Notes under the pieces: generated by a model | The model's input: the letters and a program-made list of their open reading frames with translations, nothing else | What the model was told of the DNA's origin: nothing | Database searches by the model: none | Made by a program: the position numbers and the translations under genes | Part shown: in pieces, positions 62,889-64,000 of the stretch | Layout: each line of letters opens with the position of its first letter | Numbering within the stretch: the first letter of the stretch is position 1 | From: an uncultured bacterium | GTDB taxonomy: Bacteria > Verrucomicrobiota > Verrucomicrobiia > Limisphaerales > UBA8199 | Reading direction: 5' to 3' | NCBI GenBank assembly: GCA_963749495.1 | Contig: CAVVMW010000024.1 | Coordinates: forward strand, 96,001-160,000 | Length of the DNA stretch: 64,000 nt

Positions 62889-63091
62889 CGAATGACGAAT
62901 GACGAATGACGAATGGCGAATGGCGAATGGCGAATGACGAATGACGAATGACGAATGACGAATGACGAATGACGAATGGCGAATGACGAATGACGAATGA
63001 CGAATGACGAATGACGAATGACGAATGACGAATGGCGAATGACCAGGACTCGCTTGTCATTCGTCATTCGTCATTCGTCATTCCTCATTCC
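62883..63091. repeat. (GAATGRC)23 array plus an inverted short array
   Basis: 62883-63043 is 161 nt, i.e. 23 heptamers. Inverted copies at 63055-63091. Confidence 0.95.
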
Positions 63092-63238
63092 TCTCCTGTC
63101 CCTTTTGTCCCTTGCATCTTCATCTCGCGTGGTGGCGGCGGGGCGGGGGGGATTGCTGTCCGCCGGTGTGCCCTGGCCCGGTCCGTTGGCCCGGTTTTTG
63201 CTCGACTTTGGGCGGCAGAAGAATAGTATAGCTGTGGT

Positions 63239-64000
63239 GTGAACTCGGTCGTCCGTCATGTTGTGAGTCTTCGAGGCCCCCGCAGGGGCAGTTCCCTCTC
63301 CACCCAGGCCGTTTTGGCGGGCTTACTGCTAGGGGCTGTGACGTGCGCGCGCGCCACCGACTGGCCCCAGTACCGCGGTCCCAACCACGATGGCACCTAC
63401 CCAGGCAGTCTCACGACCAACTGGACCGGGTCGGCGACGACGCCCTTGTGGCGGATGACGTTGGGCCAGGGCTTCAGTTCTTTCGCGGTCTCGCAGGCAA
63501 AGGCCATCACCCAGGTGTATCGCAACAACAAGGAGACCTGCTCTGGTCCTATGACGGTTTTGGGCGGGGGAGTGTGACGCTGGCCGGGGGCCTGATCCTC
63601 GGGTTGAGCGAGGCGGGTTGGCTGCGGCTGATCCGTCCGGACACCAGTGCCTATACGGAACTGGCCTCGTTCCAGGCCCTGGACAGCGGCAATTGCTGGA
63701 ACTCCATCGCCATCGCCGATGGACGGGTCTATGCGCGCAGCACCTCCCAGGCGGCCTGCTTCGACTTCTCGCCCCCCAATCTGCCCAAGCCGGACCTCAG
63801 GCTGGACCCTCCTGCTTGGGCCGGACCCGACAAGTTCCGCCTGACTGTGCGCGCGGCCGACGGCACGCCCGTGGATTCGAGCCGCCTGGCCGCCATGGAA
63901 GTGATGGCCAGCCCCAGCCTCGGTTTGCCTCGCTCCCAATGGTCCAGGCTGACCAACTCGCTGGTCCTCACCAACGGCAACGTCCTCATCGACAACCTGG
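63239..64000 (+). pseudogene. PQQ-binding-like beta-propeller protein with an internal deletion/frameshift; runs off the window
   Basis: DWPQYRGPNHDG...GFSSFAV, then at 63541 jumps in another frame to LWSYDGFGRGS...CWNSIAIADGRVYARS. Confidence 0.75.

Noticed and set aside
62630..63067. ORFs with SSFVIRH, DKGCDKG or similar repeat peptides in intergenic DNA
   Set aside because: Translations of microsatellites or MITEs; accepted only where embedded in a real gene.

Overview
GC-rich bacterial chromosome segment, most likely Verrucomicrobiota (Pedosphaera/Limisphaera-like; inferred from prepilin-type proteins, PQQ-repeat and M56 proteins and gene order). Housekeeping genes include sulfate assimilation (sir/cysI, cysH, cysD, cysNC), panD, rdgB, nusB-PHP-ftsY-ribD-ribE, argG, trpD, dtd and rpsL-rpsG-fusA. 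Glycoside hydrolases, an ABC exporter and an ECF sigma module are also present. About 13 single-base frameshifts suggest an imperfectly polished long-read assembly. Intergenic DNA is dense with GTAG/GTGG-type REP/REPIN elements, MITE-like wrappers and heptamer microsatellites. The top finding is a 2.94-kb large-serine-recombinase element (217-3154) integrated at the central GG of a perfect REP palindrome. Rejoining its ends creates a symmetric attP-like site and places an ATG, overlapping the recombinase stop codon, in frame with the element's first gene, suggesting an excision-gated gene. Other highlights: a minimal mraZ-ftsL-like-ftsI-ftsW cluster, a BlaI plus M56-secretin fusion, mix-and-match MITE/REP composites, repeats inserted in frame in genes, and twin candidate sRNAs.
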